A DNA stretch of 64,000 bases from a virus (taxonomy: Duplodnaviria; Caudoviricetes). The notes beneath the pieces were generated by a model. It was not told the origin of the DNA and did no database searches. It saw nothing but the letters and a program-made list of their open reading frames with translations. Positions within the stretch are counted from its first letter, which is position 1. The number at the start of each line of letters is the position of its first letter. A program made the translations under genes and the position numbers. Below are positions 49,323 through 57,695 of this stretch, one piece after another. The stretch covers positions 32,001 through 96,000 of IMG/VR virus record IMGVR_UViG_3300028048_000079; one strand, given 5' to 3'.

Positions 49323-49649
49323 ATGACACAGATTGTAACAAAAGTAGGCACGTTTGACGTGATGGACAAGAACGGAAACGTATTAGTGTGTAAGAACGGA
49401 AAGGCATTGGCCACATTCACCGGTATCAATGCTTGGGATAAGGACGCTATCATCATGGCCATTGAAAGTCATGGAGAGGAACTTAATAAGGCCGCAGCAA
49501 AAGTCGGTACCGGAAACATTACATCTGAGAATGTCATTCCAACACTGAACTATATCTGTGACATGTTGAGCGACACCATCGAGGACAACAAGACAAAAGG
49601 CTTCGTAACAAGTAGGCTGAAACAAGTTATTAACAAGTTGGCAGCATAA
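49323..49649 (+). CDS. Early hypothetical protein (C-terminus KLAA)
   Basis: 108 aa ORF. Confidence 0.7.
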   Translation: MTQIVTKVGTFDVMDKNGNVLVCKNGKALATFTGINAWDKDAIIMAIESHGEELNKAAAKVGTGNITSENVIPTLNYICDMLSDTIEDNKTKGFVTSRLKQVINKLAA

Positions 49650-49669
49650 ATAAAATGAATTAGAAAATT

Positions 49670-49795
49670 ATCACGGAATAGCGGGGTTGACCGGAACCCA
49701 AGTAATACCCAGTACCCAACCGCTGCGCAGTTTAAGAAGGGGGTCTAAACAAAAACTGGTGAGGGCTTAACCGGCAACCGCTAATTCCCCGTGAT
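49670..49795 (+). ncRNA. Candidate structured RNA (~125 nt)
   Basis: Ends pair through ATCACGG/CCGTGAT, TAGCGG/CCGCTA and GTTG.CCGG/CCGGCAAC. Confidence 0.45.
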
Positions 49796-49813
49796 TAACA
49801 AATATCAATTAAT

Positions 49814-49939
49814 ATGAATTACGTAGTGAACTTTTTCACCCAAAGAGAGTATGAGCATATTCCTGAAATGCTGAAAGCCGGTAGTAAGGAACTCGCAACA
49901 GACCCTAAATCCTTTGGTGAGCGAAAGCGCAAATGCTAA
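49814..49939 (+). CDS. Possible small protein (41 aa)
   Basis: MNYVVNFFTQREYEHIPEMLKAGSKELATDPKSFGERKRKC with an A/T-rich start context. Confidence 0.35.
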   Translation: MNYVVNFFTQREYEHIPEMLKAGSKELATDPKSFGERKRKC

Positions 49940-50024
49940 ACAAATTTTAACACAAAGGTTTACACTTTTTAACAGAAAATATTTGCATATCTCGAAAAAA
50001 GTTTGTACCTTTGCATTGTCAAAA

Positions 50025-50830
50025 TAAAACAAATGGCTATGACACCCGCAAGAAAGAATTAGCGGAGTTGTAAAACCAACAATGGATGATGGGAGGTTAT
50101 GGGGAATATTCCACCTTAGTACCAATCCGAAATAGTTCAAATAATATGGACACAAGACCTCCGCCCAATTGAAGGGTATGTAAGATTTAAATTGTTTAAT
50201 ATTCATATAAGAGCGTAGAACTATGATAAGAGTAAGAGACAAGCCTTGATAAATAAGGTTAGTATAATATAAAATCATATTTAAGATTAGGCTGATTGCT
50301 GACGCTAATCACCGCAGCCCGTTATATAAGTGAAACGGCCCCGCACAGATACCGCAGCATAGGCCAAAGTGAGAACAAGCCACACCGCCTTTGCGAATTG
50401 AAGTCAGTGGACTATGTGAAATTCGCCCGCATCAATATCCGGTTCTCTATTATATCTCTTTCGGAAAGTGGCTCAACCTTCAACGCAAGATTGCCTTAGT
50501 CCGGCATATAGTGCCGTTTGAGCGAATGGCAGGGACGTGAAGGATAAACTCAGTCGGAATAATTTGCAATAGTTCTGACAATGGCTCACTTAAGAGAGTT
50601 TGCATTAGCGTAGTGATTACGATGATGATTTAGGAGGTGAGTTTTGAACATGAAAATGGAAACTGCTGTATCACAAGGGTAAAGGTTTACGATTGCTTGT
50701 TGGAGGAGGTTGTGAACAGCACTTGCAAGAGTTTTCAAAGTAGTGTTTGGTGAGTTGTCCTTTATAGGTTAGCGACCTATGGTATATGGAGGATGGAGGA
50801 CGCAGAAACTTAGATTGGATAACTCACATT
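50025..50830 (+). ncRNA. Candidate large non-coding RNA upstream of tRNA-Ile
   Basis: About 800 nt after the promoter at 50005 with no credible ORF; 3' two-thirds GC-richer than the spacers; abuts a tRNA. Confidence 0.45.
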
Positions 50831-50832
50831 TT

Positions 50833-50909
50833 GCTCTGGTAACTCAGTTGGTTAGAGTGCTCGGCTTATACCCAAGTGGTCGGGGGTTCAAGTCCCTCCC
50901 AGAGTACCA
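50833..50909 (+). tRNA. tRNA-Ile (anticodon UAU)
   Basis: Acceptor stem GCTCTGG/CCAGAGT, anticodon loop CTTATAC, T loop TTCAAGT, encoded CCA; one C-A mismatch in the anticodon stem. Confidence 0.85.
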
Positions 50910-50984
50910 TAGGAAAAAAAATTATGTTGTTTGTCATAACTTTTGGGTTTAAAGCACTATTTATTTATATAAACAATAGATAGT

Positions 50985-51551
50985 ATGCAGAATCCAAATA
51001 GTTACTTAAAACAAAAAGAGCGTAGTTTATTACGAAAACTTGAATTAATAAAAGAAAAAGGTGGTAAATGTAATCTTTGTGGCTATGATAAAAATATTGC
51101 GGCATTAGAATTTCATCATATAGACCCATCAAAAAAATTATTTCAATTAGACTCAAGACATATATCCAATACTACGACTGAGAAATTAATAGAAGAAGCA
51201 AATAAATGTATTTTGGTTTGTGCCAACTGCCATCGAGAATTACATAACAAGCAATTTGAAAAAACTGAACTACAAAACACACTTGATAATATAACATCAC
51301 GGCATATTAGTTTAAAGGAAAATAAGAAAAAAATTGGAACTTGTAAATATTGTGGTAAAGAGTTTCCATACGTAAAAGGAAAAATATATTGTTCTGCTGA
51401 ATGTCGTGAACTTGATAAACATTACCCTTCTTATGAGGAAATAATCTCGGATTATCAAAAACTTAAAAGTTGGGAAAAAGTAGCACAGAAATATAACATA
51501 TCAAGAAAAGTGATACAAAGAATTAGAAAATTTAAACAATCTCAAGCGTGA
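50985..51551 (+). CDS. HNH endonuclease (free-standing homing-type)
   Basis: GGKCNLCGY...LEFHHIDP...CILVCANCHRELH; second CxxC; HTH-like tail. Confidence 0.85.
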   Translation: MQNPNSYLKQKERSLLRKLELIKEKGGKCNLCGYDKNIAALEFHHIDPSKKLFQLDSRHISNTTTEKLIEEANKCILVCANCHRELHNKQFEKTELQNTLDNITSRHISLKENKKKIGTCKYCGKEFPYVKGKIYCSAECRELDKHYPSYEEIISDYQKLKSWEKVAQKYNISRKVIQRIRKFKQSQA

Positions 51552-51942
51552 GAGTTTTTATTAACAAATGATTTTAGAATTCATGGGGCTATCAACCGGA
51601 CACCTATCACGAATGAAAATTTTTTATATCCTGAAGACAAGTAGCGTGATGAAGGTAGTATCATACACTATCACCGGTTTTATTTATTTTATTAAGTATT
51701 AATAGATTTTTGAGTCTTACTCGTCTGTGAAAGATAGGTAAGACCTCTTTGTATCTTTTAACATGAATTAACAGAATTTTTTTGGCGGTATGAAATATTA
51801 TTTGTATCTTTGTAGCGTAAAACGTCAGAAATGGCTTATAAACGCATTTTAACGTCTTAGACTAATAACTATCCATCTGAATGCAGAAATGCGTCCTACG
51901 AGCCTTAAAAGTGGCAAAAACAATAATTCAAATAAAAAGACT

Positions 51943-52146
51943 ATGAATAACAAAACGTATGTAATCTATTCAGAGGATTTGAAGGGATTTCTTTCAAACG
52001 ATGGCTTAAGCCTTACAGAAAACATGGATGATGCAATGCACTATCCAAGCGTAGGACAAGCAATGATGGCTTCGTATAAGACATCTGAACAATTGAATGG
52101 AATATTCAAGTTCCATGAGATTTCAATCCCTGAATGCCAGAGATAA
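51943..52146 (+). CDS. Small hypothetical protein
   Basis: Start refined to MNNKTYVI. Confidence 0.5.
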   Translation: MNNKTYVIYSEDLKGFLSNDGLSLTENMDDAMHYPSVGQAMMASYKTSEQLNGIFKFHEISIPECQR

Positions 52147-52438
52147 AAATAAATTCAAAATAAAGAAAAAATATCAACCGGTCTAGGACTGGAACCTATA
52201 GTATCTTATCGTATAAGAAAATTATATTTTTAATTAATATAATTTTCATTTTCATTTCTTCCTAAGAAGAAAGAAAATATATAAAAGAAAGAAGAAAGGT
52301 TTCCTTTCATGGTCTGTAGTCCTTTGTTAAAATTATAAAAAATTCACATAGTTTTAACGAAGATTAAGACTCAACAATTTGGATAATTCAGAATTATTTT
52401 GTACCTTTGCACTTGAATTTAGGCAACAACAAAGAATA

Positions 52439-52687
52439 ATGGCGAAAATATTTCACGTAAACAAGTATAAATATAATGACGAAATAAGTATTGAAGAACG
52501 TCATTATGAATGGTATAACACAACTGAACGTGTTATCAATGGTGGGTTATGCTATCCTAAGTATAGGAGAACTTATACTGAAATAGTTGGTGTATTATCA
52601 AAAACTAATACAGTAGTTACACACAAACATTCTACTTATATCGATTTACTTGATGAATTAAAAGAATTAGGATATAAAATCAAATAA
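52439..52687 (+). CDS. Early hypothetical protein
   Basis: Start refined to MAKIFH, after the promoter at 52402. Confidence 0.6.
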   Translation: MAKIFHVNKYKYNDEISIEERHYEWYNTTERVINGGLCYPKYRRTYTEIVGVLSKTNTVVTHKHSTYIDLLDELKELGYKIK

Positions 52688-52715
52688 TTTATAATTACTT
52701 TAAACAATATCAGTT

Positions 52716-53297
52716 ATGGAACAAGTAATCGCTTATAAGGCTTTTAATGGACGTTTATTCGATACAGAGGAAAAATGTATCGCCTATGAAAAGAAGTTGT
52801 CTCAATACCCAAAGGTAAAAGAAACAACCATAAAGGCTGATGATAGTTATATCACCAATAAGGTAGGACATGGTGTATATGTTTCAACTGATATTGTAAA
52901 ACACGTTATTGAAACATGGGAAAAACCATATTCACAGAAAAAGACAAAAGTTTTCTATATCGTTGGAGGTAAATATAAATTCATTGACATACATGATAAA
53001 CATGGTGCAAGCCTTATGCGCGGAAGTACCTATCTGTTTAATAATGAAGATACATCAACAGAATGGTACTTAGGTGCAAAGCATTTCGCTGAACAAATAT
53101 TAAAAGGACATGAATTGACAGATGATTTCGTTTTATCTGAAATCAATCAAATGAATGAAATAAACTGCATACATAGCAAATTTAGCGAACTTACTGCTGA
53201 AGTAATAGAGCCAAATAAGAAATGGAAAATAGATAACCCAAAATGGACTTCCGGAGCAGTAGCACCACATACATTCACAATAGAAAAAATCAATTAA
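52716..53297 (+). CDS. Hypothetical protein
   Basis: YKAFNGRLFDTEEKCIAYE N-terminal motif. Confidence 0.65.
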   Translation: MEQVIAYKAFNGRLFDTEEKCIAYEKKLSQYPKVKETTIKADDSYITNKVGHGVYVSTDIVKHVIETWEKPYSQKKTKVFYIVGGKYKFIDIHDKHGASLMRGSTYLFNNEDTSTEWYLGAKHFAEQILKGHELTDDFVLSEINQMNEINCIHSKFSELTAEVIEPNKKWKIDNPKWTSGAVAPHTFTIEKIN

Positions 53298-53494
53298 AAA
53301 AAAAAATAGAAAACTCAAAATCAGATTGTAGTTTTATCAGGAACTTTCACTTACAATTTGTAATTTTTGCAGGAGACACAAGTTTCAAAGTGTAATTTTT
53401 GCAGGAGGATTTTTTAACAATCTGTTAATGTTTATTAACATAAAATATTTGCATATTTCAAACTTTTTTTGTACCTTTGCATTATCAAAATTGA

Positions 53495-53531
53495 TAGGTA
53501 AGGGTAAAGCCTTAAAGTATAGTCTCCAACA
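53495..53531 (+). ncRNA. Repeated small-RNA element, copy 5
   Basis: TAAGG-GTAAAG-CCTTA-AAGTATAGTCTCCAACA after the promoter at 53472. Confidence 0.65.
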
Positions 53532-53697
53532 CAGCTTGTACGGAATTGTTAATTTTATATAAATTTCACATAGATTTAACAATGATTTAACTCAAAAAAT
53601 TTGGTACTTTCAAAAATTTTCACTATCTTTGCAGTATAAATTTAATTAATATAAAATATGTATAGTTTTAAAATTAATGTAATAGGAGGACAAAAAT

Positions 53698-53877
53698 ATG
53701 ATTTTTACAGCAATTATCACATCAGCAAGTGTCGTAAGACCGGCTAAGTCCTATGACACTATTAAAAAACAAATGGAACGTATCTATAAACTCTATGCTC
53801 AAGGATATGGTACAAGAGAAATGCTTGAAGATTGTGAACAGAAAGTATACGTAATCTTCACTAAAATCCCTTATTAA
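53698..53877 (+). CDS. Small hypothetical protein (59 aa)
   Basis: Below the track cut-off; follows the promoter at 53624. Confidence 0.5.
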   Translation: MIFTAIITSASVVRPAKSYDTIKKQMERIYKLYAQGYGTREMLEDCEQKVYVIFTKIPY

Positions 53878-53992
53878 TGTCTTTTAACAGATAATTCACA
53901 TTCTTTATGACAAATAATTTGGATATTCCAAATATTATATGTAACTTTGCACTTACAAAACAGAAAGTCAAACAATTTAAATTAATATTATT

Positions 53993-54439
53993 ATGGTAGA
54001 GAATTTCAATTCAATCGTAGAGATTATGAAAAGACGTATTGCACATGATTTGCATAACAACACAAATGGTGTGCTTGATATGGTGCTTAATGCCTATAAC
54101 CGCTATCAGGAAGACGAGAGAGACGGAGTAGACTATATCTTCGACCTCAATAATCAGAATGACCTCAAATGTATGGTTGATGGTGGGTTAACCGTGACCG
54201 AAATCGTTTCGGCTTGGAATAAGGTTCAGAATGAAGGAATTACATCATATTTCCATTTCGGATGCAACTATGACGGATTAGAAGCATTAGGAACAACTAC
54301 AGACGTGAAACATGACCTTATCTCATGGCTTCCGATATTTATTCCATACGTCCTTATGTACGTAACACGATGCACAGAGTATCAAGCAATCTATGAACAC
54401 TATATCACAGAGTATCTTGAAAATAACGAAGACTTCTAA
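53993..54439 (+). CDS. Early hypothetical protein
   Basis: 148 aa ORF after the promoter at 53942. Confidence 0.65.
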   Translation: MVENFNSIVEIMKRRIAHDLHNNTNGVLDMVLNAYNRYQEDERDGVDYIFDLNNQNDLKCMVDGGLTVTEIVSAWNKVQNEGITSYFHFGCNYDGLEALGTTTDVKHDLISWLPIFIPYVLMYVTRCTEYQAIYEHYITEYLENNEDF

Positions 54440-54544
54440 TGACTATCGGTAATGTTATTGTAGCATTGGTATTCGCCTTGATAGGTGTTCTGTGGCTTAT
54501 CCTTGAAAAGAAAACCAAAGGGAAAACAATTAAATAATATCTAT

Positions 54545-54895
54545 ATGACAATAAGTAAAAAGAAAATTCAATTAATATCAGATAGTGATATAGGCACATA
54601 TCTACGTGTCTCAAAAACAAGGGCAAGGGAGATATTTGAGGAAGGTAATGGCAGACTATATGTAATGACATCTGACAGAAATCCGGTTAATTCAGCAACA
54701 ACCGCACATGAATATAAAAAAGGCTGTAAACCTTATTGTTATTATTATGATAGTGAAAGAGAATCTATCAACACCTTTGATGAACTATTGGACGATTTTG
54801 CCTATTGGCTCGATACAGACGGATATGGACATATTCCGGACAGATATAGGTCAATGCACGAAATGTTCTCATATTGGGTGAAAATTCAAAACTAA
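54545..54895 (+). CDS. Hypothetical protein, possibly a distant relative of 48167..48472
   Basis: Start refined; VSKTRAREIFEEG vs VTKGKAKKAYEEG, and TFDELLDDF vs TFDDIVNDF. Confidence 0.55.
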   Translation: MTISKKKIQLISDSDIGTYLRVSKTRAREIFEEGNGRLYVMTSDRNPVNSATTAHEYKKGCKPYCYYYDSERESINTFDELLDDFAYWLDTDGYGHIPDRYRSMHEMFSYWVKIQN

Positions 54896-54989
54896 ATTTA
54901 ACATTTACATTAACATTCTTTAACCGAGATTATTTGGTAGTCTCGGTTTTTTTTACTACCTTTGCATTGTCAAAAAGAAATAAATGACA

Positions 54990-55026
54990 GAGGTAGAAGT
55001 GAAATTCTAAAGTATAGTCTCCAACA
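54990..55026 (+). ncRNA. Repeated small-RNA element, copy 6
   Basis: TAGAA-GTGAAA-TTCTA-AAGTATAGTCTCCAACA after the promoter at 54957. Confidence 0.65.
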
Positions 55027-55049
55027 TATTTGAATGAAAATTGTTAATT

Positions 55050-55577
55050 TTAATTAATTCCCAATTTTTTTAACCAGAAATTAGTGTTTTCAGAATAAGT
55101 TAATTTTGTTTGATTTTTCTGTGAATAAATGCTATCTCGTCTAATAGTTTCATATATAACCTTTTTATAATACTTAGGTTTAGTTAAAAAACGTTCTCTG
55201 GTTAATTCGTTATCTATTATGTTTTCAGTTGCCCACACCCACCTAAGATTACAAGCACGATTATCATCTTTTTTTGTATTAATATGGTCAACCTCTGGTT
55301 TATTATCAGTATTTGGGATAAAAGCCAAGGCTACCAAACGATGAACACCAATATGATGATTTTTATTATTCTTATCCTTAATGGTTATTCTGACATAGCC
55401 ATTTTTATCTTTCTTTAAAATGGCAATTTTATCACCTTTTAAAATACGGCCAATATTAGAAACTTTAATTTCCGGATAATTTTCCAATTCTTTCCATATT
55501 TCTCCATCTATAATACTGAAATCTTCGTATTCTTGTTTCCGGTATCCTCTATATTTGTATTTTTTAACAAAAGACAT
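55050..55577 (-). CDS. NUMOD4-HNH homing endonuclease
   Basis: EIWK...VSNIGRI, VHRLVALAFIPN, VDHINTKKDDNRACNLRWV. Confidence 0.9.
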   Translation of the reverse strand: MSFVKKYKYRGYRKQEYEDFSIIDGEIWKELENYPEIKVSNIGRILKGDKIAILKKDKNGYVRITIKDKNNKNHHIGVHRLVALAFIPNTDNKPEVDHINTKKDDNRACNLRWVWATENIIDNELTRERFLTKPKYYKKVIYETIRRDSIYSQKNQTKLTYSENTNFWLKKLGIN

Positions 55578-56131
55578 TTTTCTTTAACTTTTATGCAAAT
55601 ATACTTTTTTTTGAATAATTACAAAAATATATTTGTCGAAATATATTATACATTTGTTAAATAATCCTAAATTTAACATTTATTATTTAATTTTAACATT
55701 ATTTCATATTATTTAAAATTTTGTTAAAAAATGGACAGCACACAGATTTTTCTCGTCAATTTTACCATATCCACATCATTAAATTTAATTCATTTTTTCC
55801 ATCTTTCAGTTAAAAAATTTTATTTACCTTTTTCCAATGAGAACATATTCCGGTAAATACTATAGTAAATGATACTATTTTGATATCATAATGGAATAAA
55901 AAATCTATCAATTTGACTATCAACCCCTTAAAATTCAGCCTTTGTAACTGCTTGATACTGAAAGGGTTACAATAAACTATGGTGTCTGTTTTCCCATAAG
56001 TATTTGATTATCAAGTAGTTACGGGATTTAGTAAAAAAAGTGTTAATTTTCTTTTAAAAAATGCAATAAATTTGGATATATCATTTTTATTTTGTACCTT
56101 TGCGTTGTAATTAGAAAAATGTTATTATATT

Positions 56132-56671
56132 ATGGTTAGTAGTAAGGAGTTATATCGTCAATTATTTGTATCTGTTCTTCTTCGTGAGAACGTTTTGGAA
56201 GTGGTATGTAACAACACAAAGGAGCATTATTTTGACCGCGTTGTTGTCAATTCTGATGGTACTATCAATGTATATTCACATGGTCTTAAAAAGCCTTTTA
56301 CAAGGCTTGGTTTTGATTTTGAAATTGATTATGCCAAACTGCTTTACTACATTGAGGAGGATTTGTATGCTATTCGTCATGGTGGAATTTCCAAGCATAA
56401 TATGGTTTACAAATTTCAGCCGGAGACAGAATTGTATATGAAGGTATGGAATTTATTAAGTAGTAATCAGATGTATTATTCTATAAATGTTATCAATTCT
56501 TCATCGGTTGAGATTTACGTTGAGGATGGTGACTGGAAGCATGAGCATCTGGTATTGCAGCGTCTTATGGAGAAAAATGGATTTACTTTGGTATGTAGGG
56601 AAAATATCAGAGAGGATGGTTCTGACTGCTATTCAGCCGTTCACACCTATATGTATAACGGAGAAGAATAA
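56132..56671 (+). CDS. Hypothetical protein
   Basis: GDWKHEHL and EDGSDCYSAVH motifs; promoter at 56095. Confidence 0.65.
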   Translation: MVSSKELYRQLFVSVLLRENVLEVVCNNTKEHYFDRVVVNSDGTINVYSHGLKKPFTRLGFDFEIDYAKLLYYIEEDLYAIRHGGISKHNMVYKFQPETELYMKVWNLLSSNQMYYSINVINSSSVEIYVEDGDWKHEHLVLQRLMEKNGFTLVCRENIREDGSDCYSAVHTYMYNGEE

Positions 56672-56704
56672 AAGAGAATAAATACAAATAAGATATATAG
56701 AGAT

Positions 56705-57622
56705 ATGGAGAAGATTATCGGCAAATATTTTGTATGTGATTGTGAGCATAGGGGTGACATAGAGAGTGCCAAGTCATTTATCCGGTCATTAGGCTGTGTC
56801 ATTACCGATAGTTATTGGGATGGTTATGATTGTGGCGAAGCGTGGATAGAGTTTAGTTTCTACGATAACATCTTTGTAAAGGTATATGAGAAATTATCCG
56901 GTTCTTCTGTATCTTATAGTGCTGACATCAACAAGTACATGAAGTCCGGAATTGTGCTTCCCTATCCTCTTATTAATGGTAAGGAGTTGATTGAAATGAA
57001 GAACCGGATGTCTGATGATTTTTCTGTCGGTTTTGAGGAAAGACTGCCTTTATGGTTATTCTTTCAGATTAACGAATATCGTAATCAGTATAGTCCCGGT
57101 GAGATTGTTGAAAAGGTATTATCTTACTTTGAAGAGCCAGTAGAGGTATTGGGTTACAATATTCACGTTGTGGATGGTAACAAGTTCTGTGATGTATTAC
57201 TGAAGAGCAGTTACCGGAATTTGTCGTGTAAGACGATGCAGTATGGTATTGGTGATTATTGCTTAGGTGATAGGGGATTTTTGGATTCGATTCATGTATA
57301 TGGTCAATGTCGTTGTGTTCACAAATGTATAAACACCAGTAGGCTAAGGGATTATGAATATCTGCATCGTGTGATTAACTGCATGAAGTCCGGATTGGAT
57401 ATGGAGTATCGTAATCAGGATAGTTACTATCATCCTATTGATATTATTTTATCTTCTGACAAGTACATGGATAGTGATGGTAGTTTCAAACCGGTGATTG
57501 AGATTGATGGAAAGAAGTATAGTTTGAAAGACCCTTGTTATTGGGAATGGAAGAAACCAGAGTATCATCAAGTAATAATTGATAGCAAAAAGGGTTATGG
57601 TTTAAAACCAATTGGGATTTAA
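56705..57622 (+). CDS. Hypothetical protein
   Basis: 305 aa ORF. Confidence 0.65.
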   Translation: MEKIIGKYFVCDCEHRGDIESAKSFIRSLGCVITDSYWDGYDCGEAWIEFSFYDNIFVKVYEKLSGSSVSYSADINKYMKSGIVLPYPLINGKELIEMKNRMSDDFSVGFEERLPLWLFFQINEYRNQYSPGEIVEKVLSYFEEPVEVLGYNIHVVDGNKFCDVLLKSSYRNLSCKTMQYGIGDYCLGDRGFLDSIHVYGQCRCVHKCINTSRLRDYEYLHRVINCMKSGLDMEYRNQDSYYHPIDIILSSDKYMDSDGSFKPVIEIDGKKYSLKDPCYWEWKKPEYHQVIIDSKKGYGLKPIGI

Positions 57623-57695
57623 AGGGTATATGTACTCAAATGAGTACGTTTTAGAAATAGGTTAAATATTAATTAGAAAAAATCAGATAGAATTT

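Noticed and set aside
49805-50278. 157-aa minus-strand ORF
   Set aside because: It runs antisense through a clear + strand promoter and has a low-information composition.
50025-50830. tmRNA
   Set aside because: No GGGG 5' acceptor end, no tRNA-Ala-like 3' end and no tag ORF ending in AA could be found by eye.
42231-55026. CRISPR array interpretation of the 36-nt repeats
   Set aside because: The copies are kilobases apart, on both strands, have variable stems, and have no spacers or cas genes in the window.
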